In this document: positions 1 to 8,926 of the stretch, piece by piece
Layout of the letters: each line of letters begins with the position of its first letter
Position numbering within the stretch: the first letter of the stretch is position 1
Source of the DNA: Candidatus Limnocylindrales bacterium
Lineage (GTDB): Bacteria; Chloroflexota; Limnocylindria; Limnocylindrales; CSP1-4
Reading direction: 5' to 3'
Assembly (NCBI GenBank): GCA_036393495.1
Contig: DASWGY010000137.1
Location: 1 to 57,430, forward strand
DNA: 57,430 bases
Made by a program: the position numbers and the translations under genes
The notes under the pieces: model-generated
Told to the model about the DNA's origin: nothing
Seen by the model: only the letters and a program-made list of their open reading frames with translations
Databases searched by the model: none

Positions 1-718
1 GGCCGTCCCGACCCGCGACCGACGAGACGCGGCTGCACGGCGCCGGACCCTCGACGACCTCCCAGGCGGCGCCATCCGGCGAGCGCCAGACCATCGCGGT
101 CGGGCAGGCTTCCTCGGCCGGCGTCGTCGCCGGGCGATGGCCGATCGCCAGGAGCTCCGATCCGCTGCTCGCGATGTCGGCGATGAGGCCGCGGTCGAAT
201 TCCGGACCGGCGGCCACGTCCGTCCATGCGCGACCGTCCGGCGACGTCCACATGGCGGCGCGGACGGTGGAGCCCGGCGTCAGCGCCCGCGAGGTCGACG
301 CGAACCCCGCGAGCACGAGCCCGGTCGGCCCGACGATCAGCCTGGTCACGCGGGCGGCGGCGAGCTCGTCGGGCGTGTCGAGGCTCCAGTCGATCCCGTC
401 GGCCGAAGACCAGATCCCGATCGTCAACATCTCGCTGGTGATGATCGTGGCGGCGACGATGATCCGGTCCCCGAAGGAGACGCCGGACGCAGCGCTGACG
501 CGCTGCTCGCTGCCGGGCAGGCGCACCGGCTCGCCCCAGTCGACGCCCGCGACCGGCGCCGCGGTCGGGGATGGGCTGGCGGCTGTCGATGGGGTCGCGG
601 TCGGCGACGGCGATGGGCTCTGGCTCGGAGTCGGGCTGCAGGCCGCACCGGCGAGGGCAATGACGAGCAGGACCGCTCCCGCAGCTCCGGCATCTGACAG
701 ACCCGCGCGTCGATGCAT
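1..718 (-). CDS. Secreted lipoprotein-like protein with Asp-box (BNR-like) SxDGxxW repeats; 5' part only, gene runs off the left edge
   Basis: Hand translation of the minus strand from the ATG at 718 stays open to base 1. It is not in the ORF track because no stop lies in the window. N-terminus MHRRAGLSDAGAAGAVLLVIALAGAACSPTPSQSPSPSPTATPS shows a basic start, a hydrophobic helix, a Cys and a Pro/Ser/Thr linker. Repeats SSADGIDW, TSPDGRAW and RSPDGAAW follow. Confidence 0.6.
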   Translation of the reverse strand, partial: MHRRAGLSDAGAAGAVLLVIALAGAACSPTPSQSPSPSPTATPSTAASPSPTAAPVAGVDWGEPVRLPGSEQRVSAASGVSFGDRIIVAATIITSEMLTIGIWSSADGIDWSLDTPDELAAARVTRLIVGPTGLVLAGFASTSRALTPGSTVRAAMWTSPDGRAWTDVAAGPEFDRGLIADIASSGSELLAIGHRPATTPAEEACPTAMVWRSPDGAAWEVVEGPAPCSRVSSVAGRDG

Positions 719-945
719 CGCCCTTCCCTCCGCCCCCGACAGCATGCGTCATCGAGACGCCCACGAAGGCCTGTCGTTACGAGCCGGGGCGGCGCGGGCG
801 GCGGCGCCGACGACGCTGGCGTTGGCTCGGCCGGCCCGGACGCGGGCGAGCCCGCCGAGGGATCCGGCGAGGAGACCGTCGAGGGCGAGTTCAAGGAGGT
901 CTGACCGGGCCGGCGGGCGGCACGCGCCGGCTCGGCCCGGCTGGT

Positions 946-1764
946 TCAGTCGCCGATGAACACGTCCCGCAGGCGACGCTGCCCGGCGTCGTCGATGCCG
1001 AGGCCATCCGTGAAGTAGGCGGCGATCGATCCGTACGCTCGATGCATCTCGCCGAGCGCCGCCTGGAGATAGCTCAGGCGAACCCTGGTCAGCGGCTCGA
1101 GCGCGGCTGGATCGCCGCCCGCTGCCTCGAAGTGGTCCAGCGCCTGATCCACCGTCCCGGTGAGCGCAGCGTTGCTGGCCAGGTAGTCGGCAATGACGGC
1201 GTCCTCGGGTACATCCAGGAGGAGCTGGAGCGCCGCCGCGGCCCAGCCGGTTCGATCCTTGCCCGTCGTGCAGTGGATGAGCCCTGGGAGCCGTGCCGGC
1301 TTGCCGAGGCCGAGGAACATCCGCCGGAGCGCCGCACGGGCGCTGCCGAGCGACACGAACTCCCGGTAGCGCTCCTCGAAGAAGGTCACGCTCCGCCCGC
1401 CCCCGAACATCGCGTTGGCCTCCTGCGGGTCGGTCATCAGCCGATAGAGGTTCGCCGGGCTGCCGGCCGGCGAATCGCGCATGACATCGGCGACGACGTA
1501 GCACACGCCGTCCGGAAGCTTGCCGAGATCGGGGTGCGTCCGACGTTCGAGCGTCGTCCGCAGGTCGTAGACGGTGCGGATTCCGAGGCGTTCCAGGGCG
1601 GCCCGGGCCAGGCCGGGCTCCAACCTCGCGAGGTCGGCGGAGCGGTAGGCGAGCCCGCGCCGGACGGGGTCACCCGAGTGGGTCCGGTGGCCGCCGAGGT
1701 CGCGCAGGTTGAGGATCGCGGCAGGCGGCTGGACGGGCGCGTCGAACGCCGTCGAGGCGGTCAG
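946..1764 (-). CDS. Protein-tyrosine phosphatase (Y_phosphatase3-like, CX5R active site)
   Basis: P-loop HCTTGKDRTG. The family's N-terminal NLRDLGG motif lies in-frame upstream of the track's TTG start (1623). No ATG, GTG or TTG lies between the upstream TAG and 1623. CTG at 1764 sits 7 nt after a GAGGAG Shine-Dalgarno (1777-1772). Confidence 0.8.
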   Translation of the reverse strand: MTASTAFDAPVQPPAAILNLRDLGGHRTHSGDPVRRGLAYRSADLARLEPGLARAALERLGIRTVYDLRTTLERRTHPDLGKLPDGVCYVVADVMRDSPAGSPANLYRLMTDPQEANAMFGGGRSVTFFEERYREFVSLGSARAALRRMFLGLGKPARLPGLIHCTTGKDRTGWAAAALQLLLDVPEDAVIADYLASNAALTGTVDQALDHFEAAGGDPAALEPLTRVRLSYLQAALGEMHRAYGSIAAYFTDGLGIDDAGQRRLRDVFIGD

Positions 1765-1912
1765 TTGGATGCTCCTCGAGATGTCGCCAGCGCCACACGG
1801 ATGTCCCGGGCAGACCCCGGAGCCGAATCGAGCCTACGTCGCCGGGGCGGACCGCCAGAGGGCCGTCCGGCCCGAAGTCGACCCTTCTTCGACGTCGCCG
1901 CGACGCGCTGGG

Positions 1913-1918
1913 TAGAGT
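1913..1918 (+). promoter_or_regulatory. -10-like TAnnnT box (TAGAGT) 6 nt upstream of the trkH GTG; implies a leaderless transcript
   Basis: TAGAGT-gcaccg-GTG, with no SD in between. Confidence 0.4.
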
Positions 1919-1924
1919 GCACCG

Positions 1925-3346
1925 GTGACGCTTCGCGGCCGACACCTGGGAGATCGTCGCGTCAGGGTCGAGGTGGTCCGGCCGCGCGACTTCGTCATCG
2001 CGCCCCCGAAGCGCATCCGCCGGCCGCCATCACCGGCGGCCGTCCTCATCCTCGGGTTCCTCGCCCTCATCGTCGTCGGGACCGTCATCCTCATGCTGCC
2101 GGCGGCGTCTCGCGACGGCTCCTGGACCGACCCGCTCACGGCCATCTTCACCGCCACGTCGGCCGTCTGCGTGAACGGGCTCGTCGTCGTCGACACGGCG
2201 ACGCACTGGAGCACGTTCGGCCACGTCGCGATCCTGGCGATGATCCAGATTGGTGGCTTCGGGTTCATGACCGGGTCGACCCTCCTGCTCTTCCTGCTCG
2301 TCGGCCGCCGGACCGGCCTGCGGGACCGGATCCTCGTCCAGGCCTCCACGGGCACCCCGGACCTTGGCAGCGTCACGGCCGTGGTGCGTCAGGTCGCGGT
2401 CTTCACGGCGATCGCCGAGGTGACCGGGGCGATCGTCCTGGCCGTCGCGTTCCTCGGCCGCGGGTGGGACCCGCTTTCGGCGACGACGAGCGGCATCTTT
2501 CACGCGATCTCTGCGTTCAACAACGCCGGCTTCGACACGTTGGGCGGCTTCCGGAGCTTCAGCGAGTTCGTGGGCAGCCCGGTCGTCCTCGGCGCCATCG
2601 CCGTCCTGTTCGTCGTCGGCGGCCTCGGCTTCGCGATCGTCGGCGACGTCGTCTACAAGCGGCGCTGGCAGCGCCTGGCGCTCGAGACGAAGATCGTCCT
2701 CGCGACGTCGGTCCTGCTGCTCGTCGGCGGTGCGGCGATCATCGCGCTCCTGGAGTGGTCCAACCCGGCCACGCTCGGCGGGCTGCCGGCGGCGGACCGG
2801 GTAACGAACGCGGTCTTCCACTCGGCCACGGCGCGCTCCGCGGGCTTCAGTGCGCTGAACCTCGGCAGGTTCGGTGAGGCCTCGCTGCTCGTCCTCGTTG
2901 CCCTCATGTTCATCGGCGGGGCGTCCGGGTCCACCGCGGGCGGGATCAAGGTCAACACGTTCAGCCTGCTCCTCATCGCCATCGTGTCGACCGCCCGCGG
3001 CGACCCGTCGGCATCGGCGTTCGGCCGGCGGATCCCGCACATCGTGGTCTTCCGGGCGATCGCGGTGGCCCTCCTCTTCATCGCCCTCGGGTTCGTCGTC
3101 CTGCTCGGGCTCGAGCTCACGGTAGGCGGTCGGCTCATCGACCTCGCCTTCGAGGCGATCTCGGCGCTGGCGACCGTCGGCCTGAGCACGGGCTTGACGC
3201 CCAACCTGCCCGACCCCGGCCAGATCCTGGTGGTCCTGGCGATGTTCGTCGGACGGATGGGCCCGCTGACCCTCGTCCTGGCATTGGCGGCGCGTGCCCG
3301 CCCGGTCTCGCACCGTCCCGCGGTCGAGACGATGCGGATCGGCTGA
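1925..3346 (+). CDS. trkH: TrkH/KtrB-family potassium uptake membrane subunit
   Basis: Polytopic membrane protein with the repeated pore-loop signatures typical of the family (TSAVCVNGL, IQIGGFGFMTG, ISAFNNAGF, GGASGSTAGGIKV). GTG start lies 6 nt after a TAGAGT -10-like box. Confidence 0.9.
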   Translation: MTLRGRHLGDRRVRVEVVRPRDFVIAPPKRIRRPPSPAAVLILGFLALIVVGTVILMLPAASRDGSWTDPLTAIFTATSAVCVNGLVVVDTATHWSTFGHVAILAMIQIGGFGFMTGSTLLLFLLVGRRTGLRDRILVQASTGTPDLGSVTAVVRQVAVFTAIAEVTGAIVLAVAFLGRGWDPLSATTSGIFHAISAFNNAGFDTLGGFRSFSEFVGSPVVLGAIAVLFVVGGLGFAIVGDVVYKRRWQRLALETKIVLATSVLLLVGGAAIIALLEWSNPATLGGLPAADRVTNAVFHSATARSAGFSALNLGRFGEASLLVLVALMFIGGASGSTAGGIKVNTFSLLLIAIVSTARGDPSASAFGRRIPHIVVFRAIAVALLFIALGFVVLLGLELTVGGRLIDLAFEAISALATVGLSTGLTPNLPDPGQILVVLAMFVGRMGPLTLVLALAARARPVSHRPAVETMRIG

Positions 3347-3362
3347 AGCCGGAAGGAGCGAC

Positions 3363-4010
3363 ATGAAGCACTCGGTCATGGTGGTCGGCCTCGGGCGGTT
3401 CGGGAGTGCCGCCGCCCTGGAGCTGATGGCCCTCGGCCACGAGGTCCTGGCGGTCGATTCCGACGAGGCGCGCGTCAACGAGCTCGCCCCGGATGTCACT
3501 CACGCGATCCAGGTCGACGCCAGCGATGAGGGGGCGCTCCGGGGGATCGGGGCCGGCGACTTCCAGCACGCGATCGTCGCGATCAGTGGCTCGACAGAGC
3601 CAAGCATCTTCGCCACGATGGCGCTCAAGAACCTCGGCGTGCGCAACGTGGTGGCCAAGGCCGCGACCGCGCTCCACGGGGCGATCCTCGAGCGAGTCGG
3701 GGCCGATCGCGTCGTCTACCCCGAGCGCGAGATGGGCACCCGTGTGGCCCACGCCTTCAGCATCCCCGACGTGATCGACTACCTCGACGTCGCGCCCGGC
3801 TTCGGCATCGTCCGGGTGCACCCGCAGGCGACCTGGGTGGGCAAGACCCTCCGCGACCTCGACCTTGGAGCTCGCCTGAACCTCTCGCCGATCGCTCTTC
3901 GACGCGGTACGAACGTCATCGTCAACCCGCATCGAGACGAACGGCTCAACGCGACCGATGAGCTCGTCCTCATCGGCCGCGACGACCGCCTCGACAAGCT
4001 CGGCGAGTGA
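3363..4010 (+). CDS. trkA: TrkA/KtrA-type potassium uptake regulatory subunit (RCK N+C domains)
   Basis: MKHSVMVVGLGRFGSAAALELMALGHEVLAVD is a Rossmann GxGxxG RCK_N motif, and the C-terminal part looks like RCK_C. GGAAGGAG SD precedes the ATG at 3363. It directly follows trkH. Confidence 0.9.
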   Translation: MKHSVMVVGLGRFGSAAALELMALGHEVLAVDSDEARVNELAPDVTHAIQVDASDEGALRGIGAGDFQHAIVAISGSTEPSIFATMALKNLGVRNVVAKAATALHGAILERVGADRVVYPEREMGTRVAHAFSIPDVIDYLDVAPGFGIVRVHPQATWVGKTLRDLDLGARLNLSPIALRRGTNVIVNPHRDERLNATDELVLIGRDDRLDKLGE

Positions 4011-4108
4011 TGCGGCCCCGGCGCGGCTGCACGACCGGGTCGACATCGGCCGCGAGACCGATGAGCGCGGCCGTTCGGGCGCGGCCGTTCGGGTAGGATT
4101 CCGCGTCC

Positions 4109-5050
4109 ATGCCGACCGACCAGACGTCGCAGCCGCTCATCCATGCCCGCGGGCTGACGAAGCGATTCGGCACGTTCACCGCCGTCGACGCCGTCGACTT
4201 CGAGGTCGCCCGGGGCGAGGCGTTCGGATTCCTGGGGCCGAACGGGGCCGGCAAGACCTCGACGATGCGGATGATCGGCTGCACCTCGCCGCTCAGCGAC
4301 GGCGAGCTGCGCGTCCTGGACCTGGACCCGCGCCACCACGGCCCCCAGATCCGGGCCCGCCTGGGCGTCGTGCCCCAGCAGGACACGCTCGACAACGAGC
4401 TGACGGTTCGCGAGAACCTCCTGATCTACGGCCGCTACTTCGGGCTGACGCGCGAGGAGTGCGCCCGTCGGGCCGACGAGCTCCTCGACTTCGTCCAGCT
4501 CGCGGACCGCGCCGGCGACCTGGTTGAGCCGCTGTCGGGCGGGATGAAGCGGCGCCTGACCATCGCCCGGAGCCTCATCAACGAGCCCGATCTGATGCTC
4601 CTCGACGAGCCGACGACGGGCCTCGACCCGCAGGCCCGACACCTCGTCTGGGACCGCCTCTATCGACTCAAGCAGCGCGGCGTCACGCTCGTCCTGACGA
4701 CCCACTACATGGACGAGGCCGAGCAGCTGTGCGATCGGCTCGTCGTGATGGACAAGGCCAGGATCGTCGCCGATGGCTCGCCGCGGCAGCTGATCGCCCG
4801 GTACTCCACGAAGGAGGTCGCCGAGTTCCGATTCGCACCCGGGATCCAGGAGACCCTCGACGGCCAGTTCGAGGGGCTCGCCGAGCGCGTCGAGCGGCTG
4901 CCGGATCGGGTCCTCCTCTACGCCGACGACGGCGAGGACGTGGTCCTTGCGGCACGGGACCGCGGACTGCACCCGGAGACCGTGCTCGTCCGGCGTTCGA
5001 CGCTCGAGGACGTCTTCCTCCGGCTGACCGGCCGGTCCCTGATCGAGTAG
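4109..5050 (+). CDS. ABC transporter ATP-binding protein (ABC-2/DrrA-like exporter)
   Basis: Walker A GPNGAGKTST, signature LSGGMKRRL, Walker B LMLLDEPTTGLD. Confidence 0.9.
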   Translation: MPTDQTSQPLIHARGLTKRFGTFTAVDAVDFEVARGEAFGFLGPNGAGKTSTMRMIGCTSPLSDGELRVLDLDPRHHGPQIRARLGVVPQQDTLDNELTVRENLLIYGRYFGLTREECARRADELLDFVQLADRAGDLVEPLSGGMKRRLTIARSLINEPDLMLLDEPTTGLDPQARHLVWDRLYRLKQRGVTLVLTTHYMDEAEQLCDRLVVMDKARIVADGSPRQLIARYSTKEVAEFRFAPGIQETLDGQFEGLAERVERLPDRVLLYADDGEDVVLAARDRGLHPETVLVRRSTLEDVFLRLTGRSLIE

Positions 5051-5066
5051 TCGAGGTGCCCGGCCG

Positions 5067-5909
5067 ATGGCAGCCCTGACCGACGCCCGCGGGCGGGCAA
5101 CGGCGCCCGTGCCGGACCTCGCCTCAAGCCGGGCCACGATGACCCGGGTCATGGAGCACCGGGCGCTGCAGTACCGGCGCACGTTCCGGGCCTCGCTCTT
5201 CAGCTCGTTCGGGATCCCGGTGCTCTTCCTGACCGCGATGGGCCTCGGGCTCGGCGGCTACGTCGACCAGGACCCCGACCCGTCGCTGGCCGGCCTGACC
5301 TACATCCAGTTCCTCGCCCCGGGCCTGCTCGCGGCGACGGTGATGCAGGCCGGCTCGTTCGAGGCCGCGTTCCCGATCCTCGGCGGGTTGCAGTGGAACA
5401 AGATCTTCCACGCGATGTTCGCGACCCCGATCCGGGCCCTCGACATCGTGCTGGGCAACCTCGCCTGGATCGCGCTCCGGCTGACGATGATCTCGGTGGC
5501 CTTCTCCATCATCGTCGTCGCCTTCGGCGCCAGCCGCTCGCCGCTCATCGTCCTGGCGATCCCCGCCGCGGTCCTGACCGGGCTGGCCTTCACTGCGCCG
5601 ATCATGGCCTACACGGCCACCCAGCGGACTCCCGACCGGTTCGCGGCAATGTTCCGCTTCGGGATTACGCCCCTGTTCCTGTTCAGCGGCACGTTCTACC
5701 CGATCGAGAGCCTGCCGTCATTCCTCCAGCCGGTCGCATGGATCTCGCCGCTGTGGCACGGCGTCGACCTGTGCCGAAGCCTGATGCTCGGGACCATCGA
5801 CCGGGATCCGTTCGGTGCGCTCGTCCACGTGGCAGTCCTCGGCGGAATCACCGTGGCTGGTGGTATCGCCGCGGCGCGGACGTTCCAGGACCGGCTCGTC
5901 AAGGGCTGA
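5067..5909 (+). CDS. ABC-2 type transporter permease
   Basis: Six-helix hydrophobic profile, located directly after the ATPase. An alternative start is MTRVMEHR at 5139. Confidence 0.8.
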   Translation: MAALTDARGRATAPVPDLASSRATMTRVMEHRALQYRRTFRASLFSSFGIPVLFLTAMGLGLGGYVDQDPDPSLAGLTYIQFLAPGLLAATVMQAGSFEAAFPILGGLQWNKIFHAMFATPIRALDIVLGNLAWIALRLTMISVAFSIIVVAFGASRSPLIVLAIPAAVLTGLAFTAPIMAYTATQRTPDRFAAMFRFGITPLFLFSGTFYPIESLPSFLQPVAWISPLWHGVDLCRSLMLGTIDRDPFGALVHVAVLGGITVAGGIAAARTFQDRLVKG

Positions 5910-5913
5910 CAGG

Positions 5914-6714
5914 ATGACGGCCCTCCGGATCACGCCCCTGTTCGCGTTCGGCAGCCGCCGGTCACTGCGGATGATCGAGCGCAACCTGCTCGTCTACAAG
6001 CACGGCTGGATGGTCCTGCTGTCGGGCTTCTTCGAGCCGCTCTTCTACCTCCTCTCGATCGGGTTCGGGCTGGGGCGGCTCGTCGGCGACGTGGCCGGCC
6101 CAGGCGGCCAGCCGATCCCCTATGCCCTGTTCGTCGCCCCGGCCCTGCTGGCCGCATCGTCGATGAACGGGGCGATCACCGAGAGCACCTTCAACTTCTT
6201 CTTCAAGCTCAACTACGACAAGACGTTCGCGTCGATCCTGACGACGCCGATGTCGCCGGCCGACATCTCCCTCGGCGAGCTTGCCTGGGCGCTCATCCGG
6301 GGGGCCCTGTACACGATCGGCTTCCTCGCGGTCATGGCGATCTTCGGGCTGGCGCGCTCGCCGCTGGTCCTGCTGGCGCTGCCCGGCGCGCTGCTCATCG
6401 GCTTCGCCTTCGCGGCCGTCGGGATGGCCGCGACGTCGTTCATGCGATCGTGGCAGGACTTCGATCTCATCCAGCTCGTGATCCTGCCGATGTTCCTGTT
6501 CAGCGGCACCTTCTTCCCGATCGACAGCCTGCCCGTGGCGGCCCAGGTCGTCGTCCAGCTGACGCCGCTCTACCACGGGGTCGACCTGCTTCGAACGTTG
6601 TCGGTCGGCGTCGTTGGACCCGGCACGATCGTCCATGTCGCCTACCTCGCGGCCATGGGCCTGGCCGGCCTGGCGATCGTCTCCCGGCGGCTCGACCGGC
6701 TGTTGCTGAAGTAG
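5914..6714 (+). CDS. ABC-2 type transporter permease (second paralog)
   Basis: Paralogous to the previous gene (FLFSGTFFPIDSLP... vs FLFSGTFYPIESLP..., PLYHGVDL vs PLWHGVDL). ATG at 5914 lies 4 nt after the upstream stop. The upstream part of the track ORF overlaps the previous gene. Confidence 0.8.
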   Translation: MTALRITPLFAFGSRRSLRMIERNLLVYKHGWMVLLSGFFEPLFYLLSIGFGLGRLVGDVAGPGGQPIPYALFVAPALLAASSMNGAITESTFNFFFKLNYDKTFASILTTPMSPADISLGELAWALIRGALYTIGFLAVMAIFGLARSPLVLLALPGALLIGFAFAAVGMAATSFMRSWQDFDLIQLVILPMFLFSGTFFPIDSLPVAAQVVVQLTPLYHGVDLLRTLSVGVVGPGTIVHVAYLAAMGLAGLAIVSRRLDRLLLK

Positions 6715-6722
6715 GTCGACGC

Positions 6723-7466
6723 GTGACTCGACGCGTGACCCCGGACCCGCCCGCCGAGCGACGGCAGGCAGTGGCCGCCCTGGAGCACGAGATCGTCGAC
6801 TGTCGCCGCTGCCCGCGGCTCGTCGAGTGGGGTGAACAGGTCGCCCGTGAGAAGGTCGCTCGATACCGCGACGAGCCCTACTGGGGCCGGCCGCTGCCGG
6901 GCTTTGGCGACCCCGATGCGCGGCTGCTCATCGTGGGGCTCGCTCCCGCGGCCCACGGCGGCAACCGAACCGGACGGGTCTTCACCGGCGACGCCTCGGG
7001 CGACTTCCTGTGGGCTGCGCTCCACGAGCTGGGGCTGGGGAACCGGGCCTCCAGCCGTCGAGCCGACGACGGCCTCGCGCTGACCGGCGTCCGAATCGCC
7101 GCCGCCGTCCGCTGCGCGCCGCCGCTGAACAGGCCGACGATCGAGGAACGGGACGCCTGCGCGCCATTCCTGGCCCGTGAGCTCGAGATCCTCGACACGG
7201 TCCGGGCCGTCCTCGTCCTCGGCCAGTTCGCGTGGGACGCCTTCCTGCGAGTCCTCGCCGGCGCCGGGGAGCCGGTCCCGCGCCCGCGGCCGCGGTTCGG
7301 CCACGGGGCCGAGGTCGAGATCGGGCGGCGCACGCTTGTCGGCTCCTACCACCCGAGCCAACAGAACACCTTCACCGGGAAGCTCACGACGCCGATGTTC
7401 ACGTCCGTGCTGGCCCGGGCCCGCGACCTCGCGGGCCTGTCCGGGGCCGACTCCTCGAGCGCGTAG
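6723..7466 (+). CDS. Uracil-DNA glycosylase superfamily protein, family-5 (UdgB)-like
   Basis: CRRCPRL Fe-S cysteine motif, GLAPAAHGGNRTGRVFTGD (the GLAPA-type motif A of family 5 rather than GE[AG]PG of family 4) and a C-terminal GSYHPSQQN motif. GTG start at 6723. The earlier part of the track ORF overlaps the permease. Confidence 0.8.
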   Translation: MTRRVTPDPPAERRQAVAALEHEIVDCRRCPRLVEWGEQVAREKVARYRDEPYWGRPLPGFGDPDARLLIVGLAPAAHGGNRTGRVFTGDASGDFLWAALHELGLGNRASSRRADDGLALTGVRIAAAVRCAPPLNRPTIEERDACAPFLARELEILDTVRAVLVLGQFAWDAFLRVLAGAGEPVPRPRPRFGHGAEVEIGRRTLVGSYHPSQQNTFTGKLTTPMFTSVLARARDLAGLSGADSSSA

Positions 7467-7816
7467 CTCTCGTCGAGGGCGCATCTCTAGCCCGCCCGCG
7501 CCCGTTCCTGACAGGCGTTACCCGGGAGAGCGCTCGTCCGCGGACCGCTGCCAGACGCGCGTCACGGCAGGCGCTTGACATGGGATCCGAGGACGTTCAC
7601 GTTCGGCGCGGTGCGGGCCCCACAGCCATCGACTGACGAGCGTGCTGCTGGGTAACAGATGGCACGAACGTGAAGCAAGCGATCAGGTAGTGCTACGGCC
7701 AGCACCGGAGCCGTCCTGTTGAGCTACGACGAGCACTTCACCTCGATCTCACGGGTCGGGTCGGTGCGGCTGAGCCGAGAGTGAGCTCGCCCGCCTCACC
7801 GTAGACTCACGGCTGT

Positions 7817-8926
7817 ATGGCCACGACCACCGACTACTACTCGACCCTCGGCGTCCCGCGAGGTGCGTCGGATGCGGAGATCAAGAAGGCGTTCCGGAAG
7901 CTTGCCCAGCAGTGGCACCCGGACGTCAACCAGGATCCCGCCGCCCACGACCGCTTCAAGGCGATCAACGAGGCCTACCAGGTCCTGTCCGACCCGGATC
8001 GGCGCCAGCGCTACGACATGTTCGGGACCGCCGGCGTCGAGGGCGATCCGGGCCTCGGCGGGTTCGGCGGGTTCGCCGACATCTTCGATGCCTTCTTCGG
8101 CGGGGCAGCGGGCGGGGGTGCCGGGAGGCGCGGGCGTCCGTCGGCCGGATCAGACCTCCGCTACGACCTCCGGATCACGTTCCGGGAAGCCGTCCTGGGG
8201 ACCGAGAAGGAGATCGAGTTCCCGGTCCTCGGGCGGTGCGAGACCTGCTCCGGGAGCGGTGCCAAGCCGGGCACGGAGGCGACCACCTGCCCCCAGTGCA
8301 ACGGCCGCGGCGAGGTCCGCTCGGTCCGCCAGACGATGCTCGGCCAGATGGTCAACGTCCAGGCCTGCCCTCGCTGCCACGGCGACGGGCGGATCGTCGA
8401 GAGCCCCTGCGAGACCTGCCGCGGCGACGGCCGGACGGAGCGGCGTCGAACGCTCCGGGTCACGATCCCGGCCGGGATCGACGAGGGCCACCAGATCCGC
8501 CTCTCGAACGAGGGCGAGGTCGGGCCGCGCGGCGGGCCGGCGGGCAGCCTCTACGTGGCCGTCCACGTCGCGCCCCATCCGGAGTTGAAGCGGGAGGGCA
8601 CCGAACTGATCTTCGAGGCCTCGATCGGGATTGCCCAGGCGGCGCTCGGGACGCGGATCCTCGTCCCGACGGTCGAGGGCGAGGACGCCGAGGTCGAGAT
8701 CAAGCCCGGCACCCAACCGGGCACCGAGATCCGCCTCCGCGGTCGGGGGGTGCCGCACCTCCGGCGGGCGGTGCGGGGCGACCTCCACGTCATCGTCGAC
8801 GTGGCCGTCCCGACGCGCCTCTCGAAGGCCGAGCGCGAGGCCCTCCACGCCTACGCCGACGCGGCAGGCGAGATCGTCGCCGAGGGCGGCGGGCTCCTCG
8901 GCAAGGTGCGTGACGCGCTCGGCTGA
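7817..8926 (+). CDS. dnaJ: Chaperone DnaJ
   Basis: J-domain with HPD (DYYSTLGV...WHPDVN), a Gly/Phe-rich linker, and four CxxCxGxG zinc-finger repeats (CETCSGSG, CPQCNGRG, CPRCHGDG, CETCRGDG). Confidence 0.95.
   Translation: MATTTDYYSTLGVPRGASDAEIKKAFRKLAQQWHPDVNQDPAAHDRFKAINEAYQVLSDPDRRQRYDMFGTAGVEGDPGLGGFGGFADIFDAFFGGAAGGGAGRRGRPSAGSDLRYDLRITFREAVLGTEKEIEFPVLGRCETCSGSGAKPGTEATTCPQCNGRGEVRSVRQTMLGQMVNVQACPRCHGDGRIVESPCETCRGDGRTERRRTLRVTIPAGIDEGHQIRLSNEGEVGPRGGPAGSLYVAVHVAPHPELKREGTELIFEASIGIAQAALGTRILVPTVEGEDAEVEIKPGTQPGTEIRLRGRGVPHLRRAVRGDLHVIVDVAVPTRLSKAEREALHAYADAAGEIVAEGGGLLGKVRDALG

Noticed and set aside
137-959. Plus-strand ORFs 137-697, 174-959 and 226-441, and minus-strand ORF 424-894, at the left edge
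   Set aside because: The real gene here is the edge-truncated minus-strand Asp-box lipoprotein in a different frame. These ORFs show no protein-like features.
7467-7816. CIRCE or HAIR heat-shock operator upstream of dnaJ
   Set aside because: The best partial matches (TAGTGCTAC..., TTGAGCT-N7-AGCACTT) fall well short of either consensus and lack the inverted partner.
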